Notes under the pieces: generated by a model
What the model saw: only the letters and a program-made list of their open reading frames with translations
What the model was told of the DNA's origin: nothing
Databases searched by the model: none
Shown: positions 27,870-41,500 of the stretch, piece after piece
Numbering within the stretch: position 1 is the stretch's first letter
Layout: every line of letters starts with the position of its first letter
Program-made: the position numbers and the translations under genes
DNA from: Octopus vulgaris
Taxonomy: Eukaryota
NCBI GenBank assembly: GCA_951406725.2
Contig: OX597825.1
Span: 15,024,001-15,086,000 of the forward strand
Length of the DNA: 62,000 bases
Direction of reading: 5' to 3'

Positions 27870-28100
27870 GTGTCAGGAGGAAATATTACATGCGCAAAAT
27901 GTGACATGTGCAGGGGTTGATACATATTTCCATAGAAACCAATCAGCTTCGTGTAGTTCCTTCCTGTTATTTATAGCTCGTCGCATCTCGTTGATGATGA
28001 GGGTATCCATGAACTCTGTGTTAGTCACATGAATTTGTATTACTAAGAATTCTTTCAAACCACGTTCACTGCCCCCAGCAATGCCATAGCTCGTGAGCTG
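27870..28100 (-). mobile_element. Possible highly decayed Gypsy-type integrase core remnant
   Basis: Open frame ...LKEFLVIQIHV...NEMRRAINNRKELHEADWFLWKYVSTPAH loosely follows the integrase-core end pattern (K.al.k...W...L..Y..TP.H). Weak similarity. Confidence 0.3.
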
Positions 28101-28887
28101 AAACTAGGTAAAATAAAAAATGAAATAAAATATCATTACATTCAATCATTTCTTGGTTACTTTATTTGTGATTTCGACGAACCGTTGTATCATTGCGCGA
28201 CGTTTTTCGTAATTACAGTCACTTTTATACCATGGAAATCGGATTAGCTTTTAATTAAATGATTACTAGGCTTATAAATTCCCTCATTACGTTAGTTTAT
28301 AGCGCTCGTATTAAATATTACTAATTTCACCAAGCAGACAGCTCCATACTTTCTCTAGAAACGTCATGAACCAAACTCCTCGAATAGCATTTGTGGCAGC
28401 AAGGACACCATTAATTCTTTCATTAATATCGCATGATACACAAAAACATAAGGTAGCATAAAGGATATTGAGATTGTGTTAGTCTAATTTCACTTGTAGC
28501 GTTAACTTCACAGTACCCGTCGGAGGTCATCGGAGAAATACAGTGAGTCAATAAAACGAGATAAGACGAGATTCATGAATGACCCGTTGTACTAGGAATC
28601 ATTATAACAATTGGCAATAGTAGTTACGCTGATTATCTAAAATGACGCTAGATACAGTAGTGTTACATGTTGCAGTTGATAAACGCACATCCAAGCGAAG
28701 TGCTATAATTCCAGCCTCTTCCATACCTCATCAGTATTATATGTGACCGTGTTCTCCAACCATACTATAAGGATTTCACCTTTTAACAGAAGATGATTAT
28801 TATTGTTTCTCATAAAGATGCACGTGCGTGTATGTATGGATGTAAATTATTGTGTCATATATATGCCTGTATGTATACATATATATG

Positions 28888-28920
<33 letters not shown>

Positions 28921-28929
28921 CTGCATATT

Positions 28930-28966
<37 letters not shown>

Positions 28967-28971
28967 ATGTA

Positions 28972-29002
<31 letters not shown>

Positions 29003-29007
29003 ATGTA

Positions 29008-29039
<32 letters not shown>

Positions 29040-29462
29040 ATGTCTATGTGCATACGTGCGTGATTCTCGAACTAGAGAATTGATTAGGTTCAGGATAAAT
29101 TTCTGCTGCCTCTCAGTTGTATTAAGGTAATCCGCACTGAAAAATATAGCATCTGTTAAGTGAGGAATCAGCATATCTTTCTCCGTTAAAATTATCCAAG
29201 ATCTTAATCGTGTAACTGACATAATTATGTTCGAAGTAAGGTATGAAAAAGAAGTATTTCACAACATAAGCAAAACATGATATTTGGGTCGATTAAAGAA
29301 GTATATACGTATCAATATCTCAAAATGTGTGTATATATAATCTTGCCTTTCTTTATCTCCGCATGGGCTTCAAAAGTTCACTTATTACTGAGCTCTTATC
29401 TATCTATCATTCTATCTCTCTATTTATCTATTTATCTCTCTATTTATCTATCTAACTATCTC

Positions 29463-29497
<35 letters not shown>

Positions 29498-29546
29498 ATA
29501 CATACGTATATATATACATATATATATATATATACATATATATATA

Positions 29547-29618
<72 letters not shown>

Positions 29619-30359
29619 TATTTATATGTGTGTGTGTGTATACATATATATATATGTATATATATGTGTGTGTTTGTATCTATGGATGCGTATGTGTATG
29701 AATGAATGTATTATGTACGTATGTATGCATGTATGTATACGTGTGTGTGCACGAGAGTCTGCGTGTGTGAGCGCACGTGTCATTGCGTGTATTGTTCACT
29801 GGCAAGTGCTTAACGTAAGAGTCTCTTTCCTAGCGTTTCTCTAAACCATTCCCTATTTATTATTCTTTTATGCATAGCGTGCAATGTTGTACGTTTGCAA
29901 TTGATAGATTTTGTAATATTAGTTATGTATCAGCGACTAAACAAAGTTTGCATGTCATATATTTACAGATAGCAGGTTTTCGCACACTAATCTTAAGTAC
30001 AAATAAAGCATACAAACGAACAATTCTTTTAGAATTTTAAATTAAGTTCTTTCGTCGTTTTTTTCATCTTTTTTTCTGTCATTTTTTCTCTCATTCTGTT
30101 TCCAGTAATATCATATTTAAGTGTACTGCATATGTGTCGTACAATTCACATGCAGATGAAATAAATGTAGGGCAATATTCTACAACCATGCGTACGTGCA
30201 TGATTAATTATTCGGCCTTTTTTATTTATTTCAGATGCGAAGCACCAAATTTCGTTGATATTTTATTTTTCCTGCATTAAAAAAAAATGCATAAAAAAAG
30301 CGAATATGGAAGAGGAAGAGAACGTCACAGATCAATTTACAGATACGAAGAGAACAAGA

Positions 30360-30380
30360 GTGCGTGTATAATTATATATG

Positions 30381-30445
<65 letters not shown>

Positions 30446-30546
30446 ATGTATATATATATATGAATGTATATATATGTATGTATATTTATATATATATATA
30501 TATATATATATGCATGTATGTATATATATATATATATATATGCATG

Positions 30547-30591
<45 letters not shown>

Positions 30592-30720
30592 ATATATATA
30601 TATATATGTATGTATATATATATATGTGTGTATGTATGTATGTACGTATGTATGTATATGTATATATATATATATGTATATGTGTGTATGTATGTATGTA
30701 TGTATGTATGTATAAAATAT
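30360..30720. repeat. (TA)n/(TATG)n compound microsatellite
   Basis: Direct reading; source of several YIYI ORFs. Confidence 0.95.
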
Positions 30721-30998
30721 ATTTTCACATATGTGTGTGTATGTGTGCTTGTGTCTGTGTGTGCGTAGTCTTGCATTTGTGTGTAAGTTTGACTCGGTAC
30801 GTGTGAGCATGAAACACATAATTGCTATTTTCTGAAAAAGACATGTATCACGCATTTGTTCATGAAAAAAAGAGGCCCATAAATAAATGTTGGGGTTACA
30901 AATTATTGGTTTGAATGCTTTTAACTGAGATCAAACATATTACACTCCCCCCATCTTCACACAAGTCTATGTACGCATGTAATGCATACATACATGCA

Positions 30999-31059
<61 letters not shown>

Positions 31060-31189
31060 GTCTTCCTTTAATTCTATATTTAATAGTGCAGTGTTTTGAG
31101 GGAGAAAAGAGACCATATATTACCGTACATATATATACAGAGAGAGAGGGAGAGAGAGAGAGAGAGAAAGGAGAGATCTAGGTAGATTG

Positions 31190-31575
<386 letters not shown>

Positions 31576-32619
31576 CTGGAAACTGTTCCTATAGGAGAAA
31601 AAAATATTTCTAGTAAACTATAGAACAAGATCAAATTATATGATTTACTACAAAAATTCTAATAAATAAATAAAATGACACGAAATGAAAGGTTTTAAAA
31701 TGCAGAGAAATCGAGGAAAATATGTTTCCATTCGCTGAAAATGAGTGGAGTTTAAATTGATTGTTTTCTTTCTTCTTTTTCAGGAATGAATTAACTCATT
31801 CAGGAGTGAAATAGTTTGAATGTTATAAAGTGATACCATATCATAAAATGGCGTGAATGACAGTTTTGGTGACTACAATTTTAACCTATAAAATTATTTT
31901 TTAAAAGAATATCACAAGCCTAATATAGGTTGCGCTGCACATATAAATGTACTTCGGTGCGTACATTCAGTTGTGTAGGTATAATTTGACCGACATGCCA
32001 TTTTCTCAGTATATATATATATATTGTTGCAATTCTTTCAAAATGTGTCGTTTTGGACACCACATTTGTTATTGATTATTATATCATCAGAAGAAGTATA
32101 CATCAATTTATTAGGTTATAATGTATCACTCAAATATCCGTGCTATGTAATATAGTCTGAATTCCATCTTCGGATTATATTACGAGCTGAAACTTTGTTC
32201 CAGTTGGTTACAGATCTCTGGTTCGCGCGACGACTCCTAGTGCAACCGTAAAAGGGAACAAACTTTTGTCATCAACCCCAAAGTTATGTCATCTGCTCTT
32301 CATGCGCAAAATTTGCATAAGTATTCTCTTCTTGTAGACGTGATATATGTCTCGCTTTATAAGCTATTGATGAAACCATGTTGATGGGAAACAGACTTCT
32401 TAGCACACAGATTGTATACGTACATACATGCATAGGTACCTGCCTAGGAATCTACATACCTACATACATAAATACTAACATACATACATACATACACAGA
32501 TACATACATGCATACATACATACATACATACATACATGCATAAAAGCATACATATATAAAATCTCGGTTTGTTGTCTTTAAATCGGAATAATACACCCTC
32601 AATAAGATCAATGGAGTGG

Positions 32620-32830
32620 TTATTTTTTTTTATACACCATCAAGCAGTATATTGCTTTCTATGGTATGTAACAGATCAAAATTTCGTTCACGATTTTGCG
32701 GCAACTGTTGCATTTGACAATATTGACAGCTCTTCATGCTTGTTAGCCCTAGAGGAATAGCCTCTTTTAAGCTGGATGCATATACCAGCTCTGGATATCC
32801 CGGTGTTGAACTGGAAAAATAAAATGCTAA
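32620..32830 (-). mobile_element. Possible decayed Gypsy integrase zinc-finger remnant
   Basis: Frameshifted GISR...MKSCQYCQ...DL(F)TYHRKQY.LL resembles the H2C2 finger and the start of the integrase core. Confidence 0.35.
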
Positions 32831-33729
32831 TGAAACATTTTAGCATTTTGAGGAGGAAACTATTGACTTTATATAACATAAGGAAACTTATGACATTCTG
32901 ATAGGCATGGTTGTATCATCCCGTTTATTTGTGTATCCTAGTCCAAAAATGGGTGTGACTACGTTCCCAAAACGTATTTCCACGCATGTGGGCAGGGTCT
33001 AAATATTTCGATTTTCGATTTCACGAAAACACTCGGTTTGTGTTAACTTTTAAGAATGATTCTCCTTCTCGAAACACAAAGTTTGCGATGCTTACTCCCA
33101 TACAGATGCAGCGAAAGTAGTCCTTGCATTGCCAATTTCCTTTTTCTACTGATTTGCCAATATTTAGCGTATCCTGGATTTTAAATGATGGGCCCTTCAT
33201 TTCTCCTACATGTTTCGTTGGTATATCGCACCACTATTGTTGGGCGAGACCAGCTCTGTTTCTTACGCTCCGCCTACATGTTACATTTTCTACACCCTGA
33301 TCACCTGTAATAGATCCTTCGTGATCAATCTAGCTTTGACCCGGGTCTTGTTTTTTTTTCAGCTCTTCGTTTATACTTGTATTATAATCTGTTTGCGGAT
33401 ATGGATTCAGACGACCACGGTTGATGCCACGCCGACTAACAAGCAAAAATGAATAAGGGTGATTTATCAGACATTACCTCATGTCGTTCCAAACAAAAGG
33501 TTGCGTAGATGGTGCAGCGGGCTATGGAATATCCCCCTATTTAACTATAATTCGACGAGCAAGCAGTTCATTTGAACGGTCAATTGCAATTTAACGTCGC
33601 AGAATTAATTATTATCTATTAGAACCAATATGTTACTTACATCATTGTTATTGAATTGGGGTTAATTTAAATATCTAATAGAGTTATCTTGGGAGTAAGA
33701 ATTGTTGTTTCCGATACAATATATTGGTT

Positions 33730-33945
33730 CCAAAATTTGGCACAAGGCTATACGTGTCAGGGGAGGAGCTAAGTCGATTAGATCGACAGCAGTGTTCTAC
33801 TGGTACTTATTTTATCGACTCCGAAAGGATGTAATGCAAAGTCAACCTCAGTGGAATTTGAACTCAGAACGTAGCGAGGGACAATATGCCGCTAAATATT
33901 TTAACCGGCGTTCTAACGATTCTGCAAGCTCGCCTCCTCAACAGA
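33730..33945 (-). mobile_element. SINE family A copy
   Basis: Reverse complement of ggcgagcttgcagaatcgttagaacgccgg...ctgagttcaaattccactgaggttgactttgc...atcctttcggagtcgataaa. Confidence 0.8.
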
Positions 33946-35099
33946 TCAAAATATATTAGTCACAGGTTTGTTCCGAATTACCTATGATATTGCAAAAGCG
34001 TAGTGTGTGTTAGGTATGATGGTAGAACTGTGACGTAGCGTTTGGTTTGGTATCACGTGAAATAGCGTGAATGTATGTGTAAAATTCTGTAAAATAACAT
34101 ATAGGTAGAACTCCTGATGATTTATAGCCAAATGTCTAATCAAGAGAGGTATTCCATTAGTTTTTCAAAGTAACGCCAAACATTATCCATGTTGCATATG
34201 AATCTGTGGTGTGTTTGCTTTGTGGCTAGAGATTCAAAATAACATATTATTTACAGATTTCCTCTGTTCATGATGAAGACCTATGAGTAAAATGTAAAAA
34301 CTCAATTAAATATGACGACAGACTAAATAATGTATATTATTTATTGTACATTTTGTTATTGTTTGTTAATTCCTAGATGTAAGACATTGAAAGTTACGTC
34401 ATATCATAAGTTCGGGAAAGTTAAGAAACCATTCAAATCTCAGAGACAACATTACAAAACTAATAATCTAATTAAATTAGGTGTTACATATTGAAAAATA
34501 AACAGTAAAATAAACGGAGAGAAAAGAAAACAGAAGAAACTTTGAGAAATCAATTTCTAAAGTTTGCGATTTTATAATGTTTGGTTGCTTAAAACATGTT
34601 ATCTAACATGTCGAAGATACACGGAGGTGGAAAACGACAAACCCCGGTGGTATATTCACATACGTGTGCGTTTATGCAGTCTATATATAGCCGTACATTC
34701 TTCTCAGCATAATGATGCGTGTGTATTTGTATGACGTCGTTTAAATGTTAGGTTATATATATTGTGAAATTTATTCCCACGCTGGAAGAAATATAAGAAA
34801 ATTTTTAACTGCTCCAGAGTCTCAAAATGTGTAGCAGTTTTTAAATTTTGTAATAGCTTTATTGAAATGTCAAATGGGTTTCAACAATGTTTTGTTGACC
34901 TATGGTAAAAAATACTGTAAATGTCAGATTTAGGAGAGTTTAAATTTACAACTCCCGTTTCTGTAATCTAAAACATATACTGGCTGCGAATATGGAAAAT
35001 CATGAATGATCTCAAGGATGATCATAAAATAGTTATAAAAAGAAGCTGATAAAGGGAGAACTGTAGTCATCATGGACCGAAAATAATACATAAACATTA

Positions 35100-35340
35100 C
35101 CATAACTCTCCTTCAAGACAACACCTATAATGCAAACAAATCAACAATTGCATTCCATCTAAAACAATGGCAAATCTTACCACCTTTATCCATCAGTCTA
35201 CACAAAATTTGACTGCAAACCCAGCAGCGTTTATGGACTTCCAAAAATCCGGAAAAGGGAAGCCTCAAATGAAACGGGAGCAGATCAACCTCATTAGTCA
35301 TTAATAATGAACACCCGTGAGGTCTCAAAGTGAAGCCAAT
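35100..35340 (+). mobile_element. Penelope-like retroelement RT fragment
   Basis: CKPSSVYGLPKIRK at ~35215-35255 matches the YGLPK(I/V)HK motif of Penelope-type RTs; followed by decayed ..NT..VSK. Confidence 0.65.
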
Positions 35341-35786
35341 TGTTACTTATGGTTTTATTTGACCAATCACATTTTAATTGTTAAATTAATTAAATTATGA
35401 TCGTTACATATTAAATTTTCAATATTAACTGAACAATCTGTAAAACCATGTAATTCAAAAAAAAAGTTGTCTCTTCATCGCTTGTTCGAAACGCAACAGT
35501 ATATAAGCTGATACATTGTAGAGAGGCTTGAATAGAACTCGTACGAAAAATATAAAGATTGTTGCAAAAAACAAAGGGTGTATTGAACTCGATGCGTTAG
35601 TAATGGAAAGTTTTAAATGAGTTTGATAATTAAGGGCACTGAGAATGACAACTTAATTTTGTATTCAGATATTTAGACGAAGCAGAATTGAAATGTGTTT
35701 CCGTCGTCTTACAAATTGTTTTCATTTGACGTGCTTTAAAAATCTTACGAAGATTTGTTTATAGTTCAATAATCCAGGTTATTTCG

Positions 35787-36616
35787 TGTTATGGAGATAA
35801 TAGTAATAATTGAACACCCATCCCATCTGAGTGGCATGTGCTAGTCGTTGCAAATACTGTGAGTCTCAGTCGAGTAGTCGGTATATAGTCGTGTCTTATT
35901 TGTCTAATTAACTATATTGCTATACTGGATTGGACGTTATAGCAGTCCGACAGAGGATTATAACAGCGGTGACGAGGTATTAACAAACTCACGAGGGTTA
36001 TACAAACTCACAAGGAGTTACGAATGTCACAAATGTTCCTGTGCAAATTTTACGGTATGCAAAATAGTAAAATTATGGACGAATTGTTGGCCAGTTTGCT
36101 CGAGTTGGAAAAACTGCAACGACAACTGAAAGAACAACAACAACTACAATTATTACAGCAACAACCGATACAGTCAATGAATAGCAGGTCATCAAAAAAT
36201 GTTTAAAAGATGTTCCCGTCAGATTTTGTCACAAATTCAATAACGGAATTTAAGTATGGACCAAATGAAGTTACCTTCAACGCGTATTATAGAGGATACG
36301 AATATATCTTTAATAAAGAGTGCCAAAGATTGGGACAGTGATATGAAAGTCCGTCTAATTCTAAGGAAATTCTACGGAAACTGGTAGCAGGAGAACGTGA
36401 GCGTTACAGAAATTACGTACTCCTGAAGAAACTTTTCCTGATATAAACTATAAAAAATGCAATTGATTTATTGTGTAAAATGTTTTCTAGTGAGGAAAGA
36501 TCGTTGTTCAAAACATGTTGGAAATGTTTAAACTCAGAAAAGTACAAGGATGACTACATCACATGTGCTGGCAGAGTGAACAGTGAGAGTGAAAAGAAGT
36601 TCAAACTGGACGAGGT

Positions 36617-36620
<4 letters not shown>
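35787..36620 (+). mobile_element. Gypsy LTR retrotransposon 5' part: LTR, PBS-like site and decayed gag
   Basis: 179-bp LTR with TGTTAT...ATAACA termini (35787-35965); PBS-like gcggtgacgagg; frameshifted gag ITEFKYGPNEVTFNAYYR...DWDSDMKVRLIL...ERSLFKTCWKCLN...RVNSESEKKFKL, typical of invertebrate Gypsy (K02A2.6-like) gag. Truncated at a (TA)n. Confidence 0.85.
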
Positions 36621-36656
<36 letters not shown>

Positions 36657-36661
<5 letters not shown>

Positions 36662-36888
36662 GAGTTTACGAAAAAGATCAAATGACGAAGACAGGTGGAG
36701 TACAAAACAAACAGATGTATTAGTATAACGCTCAGGAATAGATAAAATTATTTTGCGTTTCCATCCTACGCTCTCCTACAGAGAGGGACTCATAAAACAA
36801 GGATAGAAACAAGGAGAGAGAAAAAAGGAAAGACAAAAAGTGTGTGTAGTGGCTAACGATCTATCATTGTTGTATTTACGGATGGATT

Positions 36889-36895
<7 letters not shown>
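36657..36895 (-). mobile_element. (TA)n-anchored repeat family 2 (Penelope pseudo-LTR-like), copy 1
   Basis: Reverse complement of copies at 56212-56402 and 60573-60770 (shared gatagatcgttagccactacacaca...gagcgtagg). Confidence 0.75.
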
Positions 36896-36966
<71 letters not shown>

Positions 36967-37136
36967 ACGCATATATGGGTACAGGACATCAACAACTGTG
37001 CAAATATGACATACGTAAACAACGAGAGAGAAAAAACAGAAAAAGAGACATAGAGGAGAGAGAGTGACATATAGAAAATGTTGAAAGAAGGAGGGAGAGA
37101 AAAGGGAATTAGGGAAGTATAGAGGAAGAAAACAGT

Positions 37137-37176
37137 ATAGAGTAGAGTCGCATAAAAAGGTGAAGTAAAACTTATT

Positions 37177-37222
<46 letters not shown>

Positions 37223-37227
37223 TGATG

Positions 37228-37269
<42 letters not shown>

Positions 37270-37306
37270 GAGTAGAGTCGCATAAAAAGGTGAAGTAAAA
37301 CTTATT

Positions 37307-37352
<46 letters not shown>

Positions 37353-37357
37353 TGATG

Positions 37358-37420
<63 letters not shown>
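37137..37420 (+). repeat. Tandem duplication of a ~128-bp unit containing (ATA)n
   Basis: tagagtagagtcgcataaaaaggtgaagtaaaacttatt+(ata)n occurs twice consecutively. Confidence 0.9.
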
Positions 37421-37423
<3 letters not shown>

Positions 37424-37559
37424 TATACATATGTATATATATATATATATATATATACAGAAGACACTTCTTCGGCCAAAGATGAAGCGGTACGACGCCC
37501 GTCGTCCATCATGGAATGTTAGATATGGCGATAGGCATGCGCAGTTAAAATAGGACAAA

Positions 37560-37760
37560 CTGGACTATGTTTATTGCTTAACCGTCCAGTAGCCTTGTAC
37601 TTTTGAATTAGTTTTCTACTCTAAGCACAAGGTCCGAAATTGTGAGCGAGGAAGCCGGTAGATTAGATCGATCCCATTACGCAAGTGGTACTTAATTCAT
37701 CGACCCGGAAAGGAGGAAAGGCATAGTCGACTTCGGTGGAATTTGAACTCATAACGCTAA
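37560..37760 (-). mobile_element. SINE family A fragment interrupting the Tc1 remnant
   Basis: Reverse complement of ttcaaattccaccgaagtcgactatgcctttcctcctttccgggtcgatgaattaagtacc. Confidence 0.75.
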
Positions 37761-38247
37761 TATGCATTCTTTTACTACGTAACTTGTATCCTAAACCATT
37801 CTTGTGAAAATTAAAAATAAATTTCTCTAAATCTTCAGGCAATTCTTTTGGTGCCATTGTATTCACGATGAAGAAGATTTTCACCACGGTACACAAATCC
37901 GAATTCCTGCAGATGCATTAACAATGTCCGGTGCAAAAACGCCAGTAGCAATAATGTATTAGAATTGAAATTATCAGCAATATCTAAATTTAGTAAAAAC
38001 TTTGGATAAAATATTGAATATAGCGAATTTCCTTTAGGCTGTATATATTTTTATAACGTTTGAAAATTAATATTTCGTTCATATCTTTGAAAATGTTCAA
38101 TTGTTTTTTTAAATTCCAAATGTGTATGATGTTTGCGTATATGATATATTTTATTCTGTACAAATTTCGTTTGATTTCCTATGTTATATCATTAATGGCA
38201 ATTTTACTGAAATTGTTTAGGGGTGTACATACTTCTGTGAGATACTA
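37760..38247 (-). mobile_element. 5' fragment of a Tc1 transposon (TIR and transposase N-terminus)
   Basis: Terminus reads TA-TAGTATCTCACAGAAGTATGTACACCCCT; N-terminus MAPKELPEDLEKFIFNFHKNGLGYKLRSKRMHISV fits the Tc1 paired-like HTH start. Confidence 0.8.
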
Positions 38248-39732
38248 TATATAACATAAAACTGAGGCAGGCTGACAGATGGATACATTTATTTAAGCGT
38301 TTTTATCTTTAGAATTACTGCCGTTTCGTAGCTTTCATACTTTAATAACAATTAGTGCATAATAAATTGTTTTACATGTCTGCACCAATATGCCTGTTAG
38401 GTATTGCAGATAAAGATGGCTTGGTCTTTAGGTTACCAGCGCATCATGTTTACATGGATGCTTGAAACCTGAGTTGTACAAGGAGTAGCCTGAATATAGT
38501 TGCAGACTTGCAAAATAATTTATTATACACTGAAAATATTATTACATGGTGTGAAAGCTGTGAAACACCTGTAAGCCAATGAATAGCAAGTGGTTAAATG
38601 AATATATACGCCTCTCATACCTCGTGAGTTTTATGGTTTCTATACTCCTCATTTCATTGAATGGATCTTCTGGATTTCGACTGCAAAAGATTCTACATTA
38701 CACTCCTCCGTATTCGACTACTATGTGATATAGTAGCCGGATCCCCCAGGGAAGCTTTCTGTGTCACCAAATGATCATTCCGTGAATTTTCCTTCCTTGA
38801 AGAAAATAGTACCTATTAAACGAATGAATTTGCCTCATTTTTGCAATAGGATTTTGCAATTGTATGCTAAAAGATTTTGATGGTGAATGGGGAACGTTTT
38901 CAGAACATTTATTTTCTCTTACTTTCTTCTCTCTTTTTGTCGCTTTGTACCGCTCGCTCTTGAAAGTAGAGCTATGTTCCAGAAAATGAACGAGGATAAC
39001 AACACTACACTCCCCATCGTATAGCAATCTCCGTGATTCCATGCGATGATCATTGGCTCTTGAACATCTTAGCTCCAGGAGAAGAAGTCTGACGCCATTT
39101 CACAGATTCAGCTCTCTTAACTCGATGATGAGGTTACAGTTCCTTTCCATCATCGTAAATAGAATCATCTCCATTGACTGCGAATCAAATCAGACTTCCT
39201 GTTTTCTCGCATTTAATCGAGTGCCAACTGCCCAGTTACTCATTTTGCACAAAGTTTTCGATACCCACAATTTCACCAATCTTCTATGATGTATAGTAAG
39301 CATAGTGCAGTTGTACATCAATTCCTTGATTGCGAATCATCTTTTCGTGTCGTCTAACCGTCTAACCGTCTATTCGCTGCTAATTTGTGTCACTGGTCGC
39401 AGTCCATCTCCTTCCACTACGTTGTTTCATCCCATGTTCGTCTCTTTTCATTTCAATTGTATCTCTCTGAGTCCATTGCTATTATTAACAGTATGATCAC
39501 CCTAAGCCATCTTGTAGACATCTCTGGATATTGAACCGTTTGCACTATTTCTTCGTTAAGAACTCAACAGCAAACTGTCTGCTATGAAATTCGCTATTTG
39601 CTTCCAGAGAAAGAAAGGAAAAATAAATAAAAAGGAAAACTATTCTATCATCAACGTGTTTGTATTAACTGATCTTTGTCAGTTAATAAAATGTATACAC
39701 ACACTAGCGCATTTATTTCGGTAAAACCTTCG

Positions 39733-40174
39733 GGATGTTTTCGGTTTGAACGGCAGTTTTTTCTAGCGGTGTCATATGAAATTGCCACCCACAATTATGA
39801 CCCTAGTATCGATCTATTGCATTTCAATCTGTTTTAGGGTGTAGGGTTAGTTAGGGTTAGGATTAAGGTTAGGGTGGGAAGAAAGGTATCTTTTTTTCTT
39901 CACAAATGTAAATAAACCCAATCTGTTTCTTAAACGAGGGACATATTCATACGGCACAGAATGTTTTTTACCTAAATAGACGTCAGTGATTGTTTGAAAT
40001 TGCAGAAATTGAAGAAGAAAAAACAACAAATATTTTACAAGCTATAGAAGTTTCTCAATAAAGCCAAGAGAAAAAGATGCTTTATAAACACATTCTACCA
40101 GTATACGAAGTTTAATTTTTTTTTTAGTTACCTAGAAATTATGTTAAAAACTGCCGTTCCAACCGAAAAGATCC
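39733..40174. mobile_element. Non-autonomous DNA transposon (MITE) with 8-bp TSD and internal telomere-like repeats
   Basis: TIRs GGATGTTTTCGGTTTGAACGGCAGTTTTT and reverse complement GGATCTTTTCGGTTGGAACGGCAGTTTTT; TSD aaccttcg/agccttcg; internal degenerate TTAGGG array at ~39835-39878. Confidence 0.85.
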
Positions 40175-41119
40175 AGCCTTCGTAAATCATAACGCACTTA
40201 GCCGTACATATATACTTACTATTCTATATCTACGCAAACATGTTCACACTTACACATATTTGCTTTATTGTATCTTTCTCCCACTATATATCTATTCCTC
40301 TATTTATACGCGTGTTAAACGAGACGTATGTGAGAAACAAACCGAAACGCGTATTTAATGTATGCACACGTGAAAAGGCGGAGTTTAGAAAAAGAAATGT
40401 ATTTTTCATTGTACTAAATAGCTTGCCCTCTATTCCGCTAAGTACATCTGCCCGTATAAAGTACATTTACTTTTAGATAATTACCTAATTTTCACAGGAA
40501 GATATCCATCTATATGTTTTAGAGAGTAAATGTGCCTGCTGCGATAAATTCGTCGGTATATCTTTAGTCTTTATTCTCATTGTTAAATCATCCTTATCCA
40601 TTTGGAATATTTCACACATAATGGAATTTTAAATATAATCGTAACTCTAAAACGCGTTACTGCTTCAATTTCTTTTCATAACACATTAACTAACTCCGCT
40701 TTAGCTTTTATTTCCTATCTGCTTCCCTTCGACACCTACCAGTTCGAAAGATAATGATTAATCTTTGTAGATCATTACAGGAGAAAATTCAGTTGGAGAT
40801 ATTCAAATGCCTTCCAACAGATAGTTACTATATTCATCCAATTAGCCAGCATTTCAGCGTATTTATCACATCTTAGCATGTCAGCTAGACACGGATACGA
40901 AGCTGATCTAAAATATGTTTTGTACGCAATTTCAATGTTAGTAAAGGTGAAATTGCTGTAAAGTACTCGATACTTCAGCGAAACTGAAATCATAATTTTG
41001 TTAGTTTTGCCGCATCTTTTTTTTATTTTTCAAGTGATAAGTATCTTAACTCTTAAAGTATTCTTCGCCTTTTAAGAAAATTTGAAACGTTGACACTACT
41101 TAACATATCGATATTTCGG

Positions 41120-41500
41120 AAGGTAAAAGAGGCGGCAGATTGACAGAATTGTTAATTATTCCAGGCGAAACGCTGAGCGTCATTTCGTCCGTCTTTGCAT
41201 TCTGAGTTCGAATTCGGCCCCAGTCGAATTTGCCATTCATCGTTTCGAGTTCCATCAAATAAGTAACTTTTGAATACTGTGGACAATGTAATCGGTAATT
41301 TCTCTCCCTTGAAATTGCTGGCCAAGTGCCAGATGTTCAAATCGATATTTAGAAAGTTGAAAAAAGGGCCGCGACCTGACAGAATTAGCAGCATTCATTG
41401 TTTCGTGATCGTTGAAATAAGGACTAGTTTCGTACAGGACTCGCTGGAATCGACTTACCCGCATTTCAGAAACTGCAGGCCATGTACCAAAATTTGAAAG
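41120..41500 (+). mobile_element. Two adjacent decayed SINE family A copies (alternative tail)
   Basis: aggcggcagattgacagaattgtta...ctgagttcgaattc...gctggccaagtgccagatgtt; second copy ends caggccatgtaccaaaatttgaaa. Confidence 0.7.

Noticed and set aside
27651-28100. Two in-frame ORFs separated by one TGA (possible selenocysteine readthrough)
   Set aside because: No redox motif or SECIS seen; more likely a decayed TE or chance.
32645-32815. Apparent minus-strand exon STPGYPELVYASSLKEAIPLG... with a cadherin-like start
   Set aside because: The rest does not follow a cadherin repeat; KSCQYCQ and downstream frameshifted motifs fit a decayed integrase better.
38640-39300. Stop-riddled, coding-looking minus-strand stretch (also 42750-43560 and 46450-47470)
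   Set aside because: No diagnostic motifs; probably old unclassified TE debris.
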